Positions 47,421-58,237 of a DNA stretch of 64,000 bases are shown piece after piece (the first letter of the stretch is position 1; the number at the start of each line of letters is the position of its first letter). Location of the stretch: positions 1,536,001 to 1,600,000 of the forward strand of contig CAVTJJ010000004.1 in assembly GCA_963735035.1 (NCBI GenBank), written 5' to 3'. The notes beneath the pieces were generated by a model. That model had not been told where the DNA came from, did no database searches, and was given only the letters and a program-made list of their open reading frames with translations. This stretch comes from an uncultured candidate division Zixibacteria bacterium (GTDB taxonomy: Bacteria > Zixibacteria > MSB-5A5 > GN15 > FEB-12). The position numbers and the translations under genes are program-made.

Positions 47421-47556
47421 GGTTGTGTCAGTTCCTGCGCCCTGATTTTGATCGGGGCGTGTGAACTGACACTAACCGATGAGGGTGAGTCGTAGTGGTG
47501 TCAGGTCTCATCCTCGTCCCGCCTCCGGCGGGCCGAGGACAGGACCTGACACAACC
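47421..47556. repeat. Two related REP-like palindromic elements
   Basis: 47421-47477 GGTTGTGTCAGTTC...GAACTGACACTAACC and 47495-47556 GTGGTGTCAGGTC...GACCTGACACAACC, each with an inner hairpin. Confidence 0.6.
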
Positions 47557-47677
47557 ATCTATTTGACCAAGAACTAGGCGCTCAAGGAATCTTTCTCACT
47601 TGACGAACGTTAAAGCAGGTGTTAAATATAATTTGACCTGACAGTGTGACTGCCATAATGGCAGCGTCATCGAAAGC

Positions 47678-48742
47678 GTGGCAGAACTCGTTGTGGCATT
47701 TGAAAATCTGACAGAACGCGAAAGACAGATTCTCGCTAATCTGATCGATCACTATATCACCACCGCCGGACCTGTGGGCTCGCGGGCGATTGCCAATAAG
47801 TTCCGGATGGGGCTGTCATCGGCGACTATCCGAAACACCCTTCAAGACCTCGAAGAGCTCGGTTTGGTGGAGCAGCCACATACGTCCGCGGGGCGAATTC
47901 CAACAGACACCGGTTACCGCTTCTATGTCGATTCGCTGCTGAAACCTGAGCCGCTTTCGCCCGAAGAAAAGAACGCGATGCGTCGACGGATCGCCAGCGA
48001 TGGTCGGGGCATTCGCGAGATTCTCGGTCAAACCGCCCGCATGCTCGGCGATATTACGCATCAACTGGGACTGACCATCGCCCCCAGGTTCGAAGTCGGC
48101 ATCCTGAAAGACCTTCGCCTGATTCCGGTATCATCGGATCGCCTCATGGTGATTGTGGTGCTTCACTCGGGCCTGGCGCGCAGTCTTATTCTCGAAGTGG
48201 AGACATCGCTAACAGACCAGTCTATTCCGGAAGTGGAGATAGTGCTTAATGAACGTCTGCGCGGGCTGACGCTGTCGGAGATCAGAGATACGATCAAGGC
48301 GCGATTGTCGGATATCAGTGGCCAGGGGCGGGTCATCAAGATCGTAATCGATTCCAAGGATCACATTTGGCGGGAAGATCGCTCCGATGATTTGATTTAC
48401 GCCGGCACCGACAATCTGGCGGCCATGCCGGAATTCGCCGACCGGGACCGTCTCAAAGCGATGTTGAAAGTGGTGGAAGAGGGGAAAGTACTCTCGGACT
48501 TTCTGAATCAGGCGCAGCAGGAAGGGCTCGTAATTACGATCGGTCGAGAGCATGCGATTGACGAGATCATCAACTGCTCGCTGGTGACGGCGTCATACAA
48601 AGTGGGCGACATTTGCGGGACGGTGGGCATAATCGGCCCAACCCGTCTGCCGTACAGCAAGGCGGTGTCGATTGTCGAATATGCCGCCCGCTCAATTACT
48701 GATCTGCTCATGGGAATGGACAAACCAAAGGACCTAACGTAG
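47678..48742 (+). CDS. hrcA: Heat-inducible transcription repressor HrcA
   Basis: PVGSR, SSATIRN, QPHTSAGRIPT..GYRFYVD, IIGPTRL.Y. Confidence 0.96.
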   Translation: MAELVVAFENLTERERQILANLIDHYITTAGPVGSRAIANKFRMGLSSATIRNTLQDLEELGLVEQPHTSAGRIPTDTGYRFYVDSLLKPEPLSPEEKNAMRRRIASDGRGIREILGQTARMLGDITHQLGLTIAPRFEVGILKDLRLIPVSSDRLMVIVVLHSGLARSLILEVETSLTDQSIPEVEIVLNERLRGLTLSEIRDTIKARLSDISGQGRVIKIVIDSKDHIWREDRSDDLIYAGTDNLAAMPEFADRDRLKAMLKVVEEGKVLSDFLNQAQQEGLVITIGREHAIDEIINCSLVTASYKVGDICGTVGIIGPTRLPYSKAVSIVEYAARSITDLLMGMDKPKDLT

Positions 48743-48743
48743 A

Positions 48744-49376
48744 ATGTCGGATAAGAAGAAACATACCCACTCGGAAGTAGAACTTGAGACCGGTCGAGTG
48801 ACTGAGATTCCAGTCGGCGGCGATCAGGACACATCGGAGTCAGAGCCATTGACTCCGTTATCGAAGCCTGCGCCGGAACCTATCGAAGTTCTCAAGGCCA
48901 GGGTCGCCGAGCTTGAAGACTTACGCCTGCGGGCGCTAGCCGAGGTCGACAACACGCGCAAGCGGCTGAATCGACAGATGGACGAGGCGCTTCGTTCATG
49001 CAATGATCGCCTCTTGCTGGATCTGCTGGAAGTGGTTGACAATTTCGACCGCGCTTTGAAACATGCCAACGAAAACTGCGAGGCCGAGGGGGGGGCCGCC
49101 AAGTCGCTCCGCGAGGGGATGGAGCTGACCTACAATCTGTTGTTGGGTGTGCTGTCGCGTTATGAGGTCAGACCGATGGAATCAATCGGCAAGAGGTTCG
49201 ACCCCACGTATCATGAAGCATTGGCTCATGTGGAGTCGGCGGATTACGGCGAAGGGCTGGTGGCGGCGGAAATTAATCGAGGCTATATGATCGGAGCGAG
49301 AGTGCTCCGTCACGCTCGCGTGGCGGTCAGCAAAGGGGCGCCCAAGACTAGTGACATTGATGAGGAAGTTGATTGA
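48744..49376 (+). CDS. grpE: Nucleotide exchange factor GrpE
   Basis: AEVDNTRKR, VDNFDRAL, FDPTYHEA, GY.IG.RVLRHARV.V. Confidence 0.96.
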   Translation: MSDKKKHTHSEVELETGRVTEIPVGGDQDTSESEPLTPLSKPAPEPIEVLKARVAELEDLRLRALAEVDNTRKRLNRQMDEALRSCNDRLLLDLLEVVDNFDRALKHANENCEAEGGAAKSLREGMELTYNLLLGVLSRYEVRPMESIGKRFDPTYHEALAHVESADYGEGLVAAEINRGYMIGARVLRHARVAVSKGAPKTSDIDEEVD

Positions 49377-49448
49377 TAGGCCAGAGTGAATGGCTGGCAA
49401 TAAAAACGTACATATTTGGTTTTGGGATAGAAAAAGGAGAAGACGACA

Positions 49449-51383
49449 ATGGGAAAGGTGATCGGAATTGATCTGGGGACCACCAACTCGTGTGTGGCGG
49501 TTCTTGAGGGTAAGGATCCGGTGGTCATCCCCAATCTTGAAGGGGCTCGCACGACCCCGTCGGTGGTGGCGTTCACAAAAGACGGCGAACGGTTAGTCGG
49601 CGCGGCGGCCAAACGGCAGGCGGTGACCAATCCGGAGAACACGGTATTTTCAATCAAGCGGTTCATGGGGCGGCATCATAGCGAAGTCGGCGCCGAGGAG
49701 AAGATCGTCCCGTACAAAGTTACGGAAGATGGTTCAGGCGCTGTGGTTGTGGATGCCGGCGGCAAGCGGATGGCCCCACCGGAGATATCAGCGATGATCC
49801 TTCAATACATCAAGAAGGCGGCGGAGAGCTATCTTGGTGAAGAAGTCAAGCAGGCGGTGATAACGGTTCCGGCATATTTCAACGACGCGCAGCGCCAGGC
49901 GACCAAAGACGCCGGTCGCATTGCCGGTCTTGAAGTGTTGCGTATTATCAACGAACCGACCGCGGCCTCTCTCGCTTATGGTCTTCAGAGAAAGGCGAAT
50001 GAGAAGATCGCCGTGTACGATCTGGGCGGCGGGACATTTGATATATCGATTCTGGAAATTGGCGACGGCGTATTTGAAGTTCGCTCTACCAACGGTGATA
50101 CTCATCTGGGCGGCGATGATTTCGATCAGGTGATTATCGATTGGATCGCTGAAGAATTCCGTAAGTCGCAGGGGATTGACCTGCGCAAGGATCGGATGGC
50201 TTTGCAGCGTCTGAAAGAAGCGGCCGAGAAGGCGAAAATCGAACTGTCGTCCAGCCTTCAGACGAACATTAATCTGCCGTTTATTACGGCCGATCAGAGT
50301 GGGCCGAAACATCTCGATCTGATGTTGACCCGCGCGCGTTTGGAGCAGCTCACCGACAACCTGATGCAACGGACAATCGGCCCGTGCAAGGCGGCACTGG
50401 CCGATGCCAAGCTTTCCGCGAGTGACATTGATGAAGTCGTATTGGTCGGCGGCATGACCCGTATGCCGAAAGTGATCGAGACGGTCAAGCAGTTGTTCGG
50501 CAAAGAACCACACAAGGGTGTCAACCCGGATGAAGTGGTCGCTATCGGCGCCGCCATTCAGGCGGGGGTGCTCGCCGGGGATGTCAAGGATGTGGTGCTG
50601 CTCGATGTGACTCCGCTCTCGCTCGGTATCGAAACACTTGGTGGGGTCTTGACGAAACTTATCGAACGCAACACGACGATTCCCACCAAGAAGTCACAGA
50701 TCTTCTCGACGGCGAGCGACAATCAGCCGGCGGTTTCGATTCATGTGCTTCAGGGCGAACGTCAGATGGCTATCGACAACCGCACGCTCGGCAAGTTTGA
50801 CCTGGTAGGTCTGCCGCCTGCGCCGCGCGGCATGCCACAGATCGAGGTGACGTTCGATATCGACGCCAACGGTATCGTGCACGTCTCGGCCAAGGACATG
50901 GCGACCGGCAAAGAGCAGTCGATCAAGATCGAGGTCTCGTCCGGGTTGAATGAGTCGGAAATCAAGAAGATGGTCGACGACGCCGAGAAGCACGCCGATG
51001 AGGACAAGAAGAAAGCCGAAATCATTCAGGCGCGCAACGAAGCGGATCAGTTCTTGTATGCCAGCGAGAAGATGCTCAAGGACTACGGCGACAAGGTCTC
51101 CGATGCCGACAAGAAGGCGATTGAGGCGGCTGCGGCGGAGTTGAAATCAGCAATTGCCAGCGATTCGCTCGAACGCATCAAGGCGGCCAAAGAACAACTC
51201 GAACAGGCGTCGCACAAGCTGGCCGAAGAGATGTACAAGCACGCCCAGCAGAACGCGGGTCCGGGCGCGCAACCGGGCGAAGGGCCGACCTCGGCCGGAC
51301 CTGCCCCCGAGCAGCCGTCCACGCCAGGCAAGGACGGCGCAGTCGATGCCGATTTCGAAGTAGTGGACGACGACAAGAAGTAG
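49449..51383 (+). CDS. dnaK: Chaperone DnaK
   Basis: [38 protein letters not shown]. Confidence 0.99.
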   Translation: MGKVIGIDLGTTNSCVAVLEGKDPVVIPNLEGARTTPSVVAFTKDGERLVGAAAKRQAVTNPENTVFSIKRFMGRHHSEVGAEEKIVPYKVTEDGSGAVVVDAGGKRMAPPEISAMILQYIKKAAESYLGEEVKQAVITVPAYFNDAQRQATKDAGRIAGLEVLRIINEPTAASLAYGLQRKANEKIAVYDLGGGTFDISILEIGDGVFEVRSTNGDTHLGGDDFDQVIIDWIAEEFRKSQGIDLRKDRMALQRLKEAAEKAKIELSSSLQTNINLPFITADQSGPKHLDLMLTRARLEQLTDNLMQRTIGPCKAALADAKLSASDIDEVVLVGGMTRMPKVIETVKQLFGKEPHKGVNPDEVVAIGAAIQAGVLAGDVKDVVLLDVTPLSLGIETLGGVLTKLIERNTTIPTKKSQIFSTASDNQPAVSIHVLQGERQMAIDNRTLGKFDLVGLPPAPRGMPQIEVTFDIDANGIVHVSAKDMATGKEQSIKIEVSSGLNESEIKKMVDDAEKHADEDKKKAEIIQARNEADQFLYASEKMLKDYGDKVSDADKKAIEAAAAELKSAIASDSLERIKAAKEQLEQASHKLAEEMYKHAQQNAGPGAQPGEGPTSAGPAPEQPSTPGKDGAVDADFEVVDDDKK

Positions 51384-51390
51384 AGGATGA

Positions 51391-52551
51391 ATGGCCAAAC
51401 GCGATTACTATGAAGTCCTGGGTGTCGACCGTGGCGCCGACTCCGATACGGTCAAGTCGGCGTATCGCAAGCTCGCTATGAAATATCACCCGGATCGAAA
51501 TCCGGGTGACAAGGCGGCCGAGGAAAACTTCAAAGAGGCGACCGAAGCTTACGAAGTCCTGAAGGATCAGCAGAAGCGCCAGGTCTACGATCAGTACGGC
51601 CATGCCGGACTCGGTCAGGGCGGCGGTTTCGGCGGTGGGTATCAGGGTTACGGAGCGTTTGATCTGGGCGACGCCTTGCGGGCTTTCATGCGTGATTTTG
51701 GTGGGCAGGGCGGCGGGATATTTGACGAAGTTTTCGGCATGGGCGGCGGGCGAAGGCGCAACAATCGTGGGGAAGACCTGCGCTTGCGGATTCGGCTGAC
51801 ACTCGAAGAAATTACCGATGGCGTCGAGAAGACCCTTAAGGTGAACCGGATGGTCGCATGCCAGACCTGCGATGGCACCGGTGTGGCCGCAGGTTCATCG
51901 CGACAGACCTGTCATCAATGTCGCGGTGCCGGACAGGTACGCACTATGACGCGCACTTTCCTCGGGACCATCCAGCAGGTTTCTACATGCAATGTTTGTC
52001 GCGGCACCGGCGAAGTGATCGCGCAGCCGTGCAAGACCTGTCACGGTGACGGCCGCCACAAGGGTTCAAGCACGGTCACTATCAACGTGCCGGCCGGTGT
52101 GTCGAGCGGCAACTACATGACGCTCGACGGCATGGGTAATGTCGCTCCCAATGGCGGTGAGCCGGGCGATCTGATAGCGGTGTTCGAAGAAGAAGATCAT
52201 CCGTTGTTCAGCCGCCACGGTGACGACATCCTGTACGAAGTGCCGATTTCATTCACGACCGCGGCCATGGGTGGCGAGGTCGAAGTGCGGACGATCAAGG
52301 GGACAGAGCGATTGAAGATTCCGAGCGGAACTCAGTCAGGTAAGATCCTCCGGCTGCGTGGTCACGGTATACCGCATTTGCATCGCAGCGGCAAGGGCGA
52401 CGAGTTGGTGCAAGTAACGGTATGGGTGCCGACCAAACTCAGTGCCGAAGACAAGAAGGTTCTCGAAAAATTGGAACACTCAGAAACCTTCAAACCACCT
52501 GTGACCGACAAGTCCTTTTTCGGTAAGCTCCGCGAAACGCTGGGGGTTTGA
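51391..52551 (+). CDS. dnaJ: Chaperone DnaJ
   Basis: HPD J-domain, G/F region, four CxxCxGxG. Confidence 0.98.
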   Translation: MAKRDYYEVLGVDRGADSDTVKSAYRKLAMKYHPDRNPGDKAAEENFKEATEAYEVLKDQQKRQVYDQYGHAGLGQGGGFGGGYQGYGAFDLGDALRAFMRDFGGQGGGIFDEVFGMGGGRRRNNRGEDLRLRIRLTLEEITDGVEKTLKVNRMVACQTCDGTGVAAGSSRQTCHQCRGAGQVRTMTRTFLGTIQQVSTCNVCRGTGEVIAQPCKTCHGDGRHKGSSTVTINVPAGVSSGNYMTLDGMGNVAPNGGEPGDLIAVFEEEDHPLFSRHGDDILYEVPISFTTAAMGGEVEVRTIKGTERLKIPSGTQSGKILRLRGHGIPHLHRSGKGDELVQVTVWVPTKLSAEDKKVLEKLEHSETFKPPVTDKSFFGKLRETLGV

Positions 52552-52554
52552 TCG

Positions 52555-53433
52555 ATGTCACAACCTGTCCCGGAAGCTTATCTCGAAATCAAGATTGACG
52601 TACCCAAAGAGCTGGTAGAGGCGACGTGCGATTTCATAATCGAGAACCTCACCGGCGGTTTGGTCCTTGAAGACGAAGATGGTTCTGACAAAACTATGAT
52701 CATCTTCTATGTTCCTGAAACCCAGTCGACCTATCAGAACCAACTATCGGAATTCTTCTCACGCGGGGAGGGAATCGGAAAGTGTGATCTGCCGGAGATG
52801 CAAGTACGGCGAGTGACCGACACCGAATGGCTGGAGCAGTATCGCGGAACCATCAAGCCGATTCGGATCGCCGACGATGTACTGGTGCGGCCGGCCTGGA
52901 TCGTTCCGACTTCGGATCGATACCAACTGGTGCTGGAGCCGAAGATGGCGTTCGGTACCGGAAGCCACGCTACCACGCGGAGTTGTCTTCGCATCATCCG
53001 ACAGAAATTCCAGCCGGGCTGGCGGTTTCTCGATATGGGGTGCGGCTCGGGCGTGTTGTCAATTCTTGCAGACCAGATGGGTGCATCGTACATCAAAGCA
53101 ATAGATTACGATTTGGCGGCGGTGGCCAATTGCCGGGAGAATTTTGAAATCAACCAGGTAAAGGCGCCGCACGAGATCGTGATCGGATCGATAGAAAAGT
53201 GTGTCCGGGATGAAGCGTATCAGTTAGTCGTGGCCAACATCATTCGCACTACTATTCTGACCATGCTCGACCGCCTGCTGAAGCTGACCGCGCCGGGTGG
53301 ATTTCTGGTGTTGTCCGGTTTGTTGGAACGTGACGAACTGGCGATTGACAATGCTCTTCGGGAATTGGGCCAGGCGGACTTCACCCTGATGCACGATAAA
53401 GACTGGCTCACCTATACCATAGCTCGAAGGTAA
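52555..53433 (+). CDS. prmA: Ribosomal protein L11 methyltransferase
   Basis: MAFGTGSHATT, LDMGCGSGVL, VANI; dnaJ-prmA-rsmE synteny. Confidence 0.93.
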   Translation: MSQPVPEAYLEIKIDVPKELVEATCDFIIENLTGGLVLEDEDGSDKTMIIFYVPETQSTYQNQLSEFFSRGEGIGKCDLPEMQVRRVTDTEWLEQYRGTIKPIRIADDVLVRPAWIVPTSDRYQLVLEPKMAFGTGSHATTRSCLRIIRQKFQPGWRFLDMGCGSGVLSILADQMGASYIKAIDYDLAAVANCRENFEINQVKAPHEIVIGSIEKCVRDEAYQLVVANIIRTTILTMLDRLLKLTAPGGFLVLSGLLERDELAIDNALRELGQADFTLMHDKDWLTYTIARR

Positions 53434-53436
53434 CCG

Positions 53437-54183
53437 ATGCTGCCGCCAGTCTTCTATGCGCCGCCGGAGAATCGCGATGATGATCGCATCGTACTTCCTG
53501 CGGATGAGGCTAAGCATTGCACGCGGGTAATGCGTTTGGAAGTCGGGGCGGTCGTCATGGTGGTCGACGGACTCGGCATGGCCTGCCGGGGCGAGATAGA
53601 AACGATTGCCGGACGTGAAGTGGCTGTTCGTGTTCTCTCTGATGTTCGCGGGTTCGGGGAACCATCGGTACGATTGACGCTGGCGGCCGGTCTTTCGGTG
53701 GGTGTCAAGTTCGACTCGGTTGTGCAACGAGGTACCGAGCTAGGTGTGTCGCGATTCGTACCGCTGCTAACTGAAAAATCAAAGGTGACAATTGAGGGGT
53801 CGGGCCGGGAGAAGACCAAACTTACCCGATGGCGCAATGTTGCCTCGGCGGCGATGAAACAGTGCCGCCGTTCATATATCCCGGAAATTGCGGCGCCGAC
53901 TCCGTATATGACCTTTCTGAAACAGTTCGAGAAGTCTGACACCGGTATCATCTTTCATCCCGGGGAGAGGGTAGCTGACCTTCAAGAGGTCCCATTGTCT
54001 CCGGATATGAAGCGGCTCACGGTCATGATAGGGCCGGAATCAGGGTTTTCTGAAAGCGAAGTCACCTCGGCGGAGCAAGCCGGGTTTGTAAGAGTCGGGC
54101 TGGGGCGAAGAATCCTGCGTACGGAAACCGCCGGACCGGTGGCGGTAGCTCTCGTTATGGCTCGTCTGGGCGAATTCAGGTAG
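53437..54183 (+). CDS. rsmE: 16S rRNA m3U1498 methyltransferase
   Basis: H..RVMR, TELGV, KQCRR, IGPESGF, LGRRILRTETA. Confidence 0.95.
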   Translation: MLPPVFYAPPENRDDDRIVLPADEAKHCTRVMRLEVGAVVMVVDGLGMACRGEIETIAGREVAVRVLSDVRGFGEPSVRLTLAAGLSVGVKFDSVVQRGTELGVSRFVPLLTEKSKVTIEGSGREKTKLTRWRNVASAAMKQCRRSYIPEIAAPTPYMTFLKQFEKSDTGIIFHPGERVADLQEVPLSPDMKRLTVMIGPESGFSESEVTSAEQAGFVRVGLGRRILRTETAGPVAVALVMARLGEFR

Positions 54184-54211
54184 CGGTCCTTGCCGCCGAT
54201 AATTGTTCTAT

Positions 54212-54994
54212 ATGCAGTACTATGATCTAATTCTTGCGCTGGTGGCCGGATTGGCTATCGGCTCGTTTCTGAACGTCCTGATTTATCGGCTGCCCCGCAA
54301 TCTCCAGTTTGCCAAGGGGCGTTCGGTCTGTCCGGATTGTGGCCAGACAATCAAGTGGTATCACAACATCCCGTTGTTGTCATATCTCGCTTTGCGTGGA
54401 CGCTGCGCTTACTGCCAGAAGCGAATCCCGGTTCGATACCCGCTAGTCGAGCTGTTAAACGCTCTGGGTTATCTCTACTTCTATCACAGCTATGGATGGT
54501 CGGTCGATCTAGGCATCTATCTATTTTTGACTTCAGCCCTCATAGTGATATTCTTCATTGATCTGGACCATCAGATCATTCCGGATAAGATCACACTGCC
54601 CGGGATGGTGATCGGCTTGCTGGTGTCGTTAGCACCGGGAGGGCTGACACCTCTTCAGGCGGCAATCGGATTGGTCGTAGGCGGCGGAGCGCTCTACCTG
54701 ATCGCGATTCTCGGCGACTGGCTCTTCAAGAAAGAATCGATGGGGGGCGGGGACGTCAAAATGGCCGCCATGCTGGGAGCGTTTCTCGGCTGGCAGAAAG
54801 TACTTCTGGTCTTTCTGGCTTCGGCCATCATAGGTCTGGTCATATCGCTAATTCTCATGGGCTTTTCTGCCAGGCTTCGCCAGAACCGGGTCGTGCCGTT
54901 CGGGCCGTTCATAGCCCTGGCCGCGGTTGTGGCGATTGTCTGGGGCGACAAGCTGATTTCTTTCTACGTGCACCACTGGCTCCTGCCGGGGTAG
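54212..54994 (+). CDS. pilD: Type IV prepilin peptidase
   Basis: GSFLNV.IYRLP, RS.CP.C, G.C..C, MGGGDVK, PFGPF. Confidence 0.95.
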   Translation: MQYYDLILALVAGLAIGSFLNVLIYRLPRNLQFAKGRSVCPDCGQTIKWYHNIPLLSYLALRGRCAYCQKRIPVRYPLVELLNALGYLYFYHSYGWSVDLGIYLFLTSALIVIFFIDLDHQIIPDKITLPGMVIGLLVSLAPGGLTPLQAAIGLVVGGGALYLIAILGDWLFKKESMGGGDVKMAAMLGAFLGWQKVLLVFLASAIIGLVISLILMGFSARLRQNRVVPFGPFIALAAVVAIVWGDKLISFYVHHWLLPG

Positions 54995-55040
54995 TATCTC
55001 TCCGTCTCAGTTGGATCGGCGCGATGCCGATTAATACTCT

Positions 55041-56887
55041 ATGGCCCGACGCAAGAGTAGATACGAGTCCGAAGTCCATCTCGGTTTCCTGGCGATAGCC
55101 TTCCTGCTCGTCCTGCTAAATTTCATGTCAAACTACGTTCTGCATCAGGCTCGCCTGACTCAGCAGGAAGAGACCAGCGGGCGTCTCAAATGGACGGCGC
55201 TTGCTATCAGTCGTGAACTTCAAGAACGTCCGCTGCTTGCCCCCGGAGCGCCCGTCATTGACAGAAATACGCAATCGCTACGGACTTACCGATCTGGCTC
55301 TGCTCCCGGCCAGACCGGGCGATACCGATCAGCAGGGACGTCGGGAATGGCTCAAGACCGTAACGAAATATTATCCTGCCAAGGAATGTCGTGACCTGGT
55401 CGGTAGGCTCTCCCGGTCAGAGTTCAATCAATTAACGCGCGGGAAAGACGCTGATTATTTCTATGTCCAACCGGTGGCGGGCAGTCTGAGAAGCGGTCTG
55501 CTGGTGCTTGGAGCGAGCTGCCCGGAACTGGCGTATCTCGAAGATTCCGGGCAGGTGCTGGTAGGGGTGTCTGGTGGGTGCGCTGATAATTGTCGCGGCT
55601 GTCTATGCGCTACTGGCGAGATTCATGTTTCGGCCCTTCCGGCGTATTCGCGAACGGGCGGAGCAGGCAGGACGCTCGGTGGCCAGCGCCGATGACGAGA
55701 CCGAGGCGGTGGTCGAGGAATACGAGCGGGTCATCGGAGAACTCACTCAAACGCAGACGGAACTGCTTCGATTGAACGATGAGATATTGCATCGGGCGAA
55801 CTCTCTCGAGACAATCAATCGTTCGCTTACCGAAACCAGTCGTCTGGGCGTGATTACTCTGGATCAAGACGGGCGAGTGGTTGCGGCCAACGAAACCGCT
55901 CTGGCGTTGCTGGACTACAAGTCCGGTGATATTGCCGGGCGTTCGTATGAAACGTTGCTGGACAGGAACCCCCAATTGTTGTCGGATGTGCGCGAGGCGT
56001 ATCGCGAAGAGCGTGCTTGCGGCTACCACGAGTACGACAGACCGTCGGAGCGTGCCGGCGATACCGTGATCGGGGCAACCATTAGTCAGATATGTGAACC
56101 GGATCGGGCCATGACCGGGCTGTTGCTTATGCTCAGCGACCAGAGCGAATTACTGCGGCTGCGCCGCGAGCTCGAGAACCAGAGGAGGCTGGCGGCGCTG
56201 GGCGAGATGGCCGGTGGGCTGGCGCATCAGATCAGAAATTCACTTGGGGCTATAGGTGGGTATGCCGCGCTGGCGAAGAAACGTCTGAAGCAGGCCGATC
56301 TGCCGGTCGAAGGAGTCGAGAGCCTTCTCAGCGAAACCCAACTGGCCAATTTGCTGATAGATCGCTTTCTGTCGTTCGCCAGACCTCTGGACCTGCGCCC
56401 GGAGCAGACTGATCTCGCCGTCCTGGTAAGTGAATGCATGATGTCGATCAGAGTCCGTCAGGACTTGCACGGGGTGGAGTTCCGAGAACATCAGGAGGCG
56501 GGGGTTACCGCTTTGGTCGACCCGCTATTGCTCCGGCAGGCGGTGGCCAATCTGCTTGATAATGCCGTTAATGCCTACGGCGAATCCGGGGGAGTGGTCG
56601 AAATCTCGCTGCAAGTAAAGGGGACCAGAGCGATTCTGGAGATTCGCGACCATGGCTGTGGCATCGATCCCGCTATCAAAGACAAGATCTTCACGCCGTT
56701 TTATTCGTCTCGCCCGTCGGGTACCGGTCTGGGGCTCTCTCTGGTAGCCAAGATCGTCTCCCTGCATGGTGGATCAATCTCAGTAGATTCCGAACCCGGC
56801 CGGGGGACTATCTTTACCTTGGCGCTGCCGTTGCATACCGGTTCATTGCCGTCCCGCACCCGCTCAGAAATCGCTGTTTCAGCTTAG
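55041..56887 (+). pseudogene. Membrane PAS sensor histidine kinase split by two frameshifts (near 55240 and 55570)
   Basis: TM1 in ORF 55041, periplasmic part in ORF 55201, TM2-PAS-HisKA-HATPase in ORF 55574 (LAHQIRNSL, NLLDNA, DHGCG, GTGLGL). Confidence 0.75.
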
Positions 56888-56946
56888 AAAACGCTTGGGG
56901 AAGTGGGGCTTCCTGCTATATTGACGCCCGACACTTTGGAGGATTA

Positions 56947-57507
56947 ATGTATACTGCGTCTGATTTTCGAAGAGGCCTGCCGATTCTCGTTGATGGCGAG
57001 CCGTACTATGTAGTTAGCTACCTGCACATCAAGATGGGCCGGGGCGGCGCCAACGTCCGGACCAAGTTGAAGCACATAATTTCCGGAGCGGTGGTCGAGA
57101 AAGTCTTTTCCCCGGACGAGTCGTTCAAACCACCTGATCTCGAACGGCGCAAGATGCAGTACATGTATGAGGACGGCAACGAGCTGGCCTTCATGGATGC
57201 TACGACCTTCGACCAGATATCAATTCCCGCCGAGAACCTTGGTGATGCGCAGTACTATCTGCTGGAGAATCAGGAATACGTGATGTTGTTTCTGAACAAC
57301 AAGGCGATCTCGGTCGATCTGCCGGCGTCGGTGATACTCGAGGTAATCGAGACGGAACCGGCGGTGCGCGGCGATACGGTTAGCAACGTCACCAAACCGG
57401 CCAAGCTTCAGACTGGGCTGGAAGTCAAGGTGCCGTTATTTGTCAAACAGGGTGATCGTCTGAAAGTCGATACCCGGACGGGCGAATATCTGGAACGGGC
57501 CAACTGA
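56947..57507 (+). CDS. efp: Elongation factor P
   Basis: GGAGG SD; RTKLK, QYMY, RGDTVS..TKPA, VPLFV, DTRTGEY..R. Confidence 0.97.
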   Translation: MYTASDFRRGLPILVDGEPYYVVSYLHIKMGRGGANVRTKLKHIISGAVVEKVFSPDESFKPPDLERRKMQYMYEDGNELAFMDATTFDQISIPAENLGDAQYYLLENQEYVMLFLNNKAISVDLPASVILEVIETEPAVRGDTVSNVTKPAKLQTGLEVKVPLFVKQGDRLKVDTRTGEYLERAN

Positions 57508-57510
57508 CCT

Positions 57511-58185
57511 TTGACCATTGCCGGCTGTGTTATTGGGGTGGATGAATCAGGCAAGGGGGATTTTTTCGGTCCCCTGGTTGTGGCTGGATTCATCGCGCCC
57601 GAGGCCGAACTGGAACATTTGAAAGACCTGGGGGTCAGGGACTCCAAGAAGCTCTCGGACGGACGCATCATCGCGATTGATGGGAGCCTTCGATCCGACT
57701 ACGCCTATGAAGTTGTGGTGCTGATGCCGGAGGAGTACAATCGCCGGTATAAGCAGATCAAGAATCTCAACATCCTTCTGGCTGACAGTCACGCCGCCGC
57801 TATCAACGGCACTATCGCCGCGGGTAATAGGCAGAATCTGAAAGCTGACCTGGCGGTATCTGATAAGTTCGGCAAGACCGAACGTCTGGAAACAGCTCTC
57901 CATCAAAAGGAATGTCGTCTGAAGGTTATTCAGATGGTGAGGGGCGAAGCCGTATTACAAGTGGCGGCGGCATCGATTATCGCCCGGGCCGAATTCATCC
58001 GGCGAATGAAGTCATTGTCGGACGAGGTAGGATTCGATCTGCCGTTCGGCGCCGCTGCACACGTCGATGAGGCGGGGAGACAACTAGTGGCGCGTCATGG
58101 CCCTGAGATTCTGACTCGTGTCGCGAAGTGTCATTTCAAGAACCACGCGCGCGCTGTGGCCGTTGATCTCTTTTCAAGAAAATAG
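57511..58185 (+). CDS. rnhC: Type 2 RNase H, RNase HIII-like catalytic domain
   Basis: GVDESGKGDFFGPLVV, GVRDSKKL, VAAASIIAR, AKCHFKN. Confidence 0.75.
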   Translation: MTIAGCVIGVDESGKGDFFGPLVVAGFIAPEAELEHLKDLGVRDSKKLSDGRIIAIDGSLRSDYAYEVVVLMPEEYNRRYKQIKNLNILLADSHAAAINGTIAAGNRQNLKADLAVSDKFGKTERLETALHQKECRLKVIQMVRGEAVLQVAAASIIARAEFIRRMKSLSDEVGFDLPFGAAAHVDEAGRQLVARHGPEILTRVAKCHFKNHARAVAVDLFSRK

Positions 58186-58186
58186 A

Positions 58187-58212
58187 AAAGGCCGGAGACA
58201 TTCCCGGCCTTT
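58187..58212. terminator. Bidirectional terminator between convergent genes
   Basis: AAAAGGCCGG...CCGGCCTTT. Confidence 0.7.
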
Positions 58213-58237
58213 ACTGCGTCAGATTCCTATCCGACTA

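Noticed and set aside
47421..47556. Considered as a mini CRISPR array or integron attC sites
   Set aside because: Only two non-identical units, no repeat-spacer periodicity, no cas or integrase genes, and no cassette ORFs between them. Kept as REP-like.
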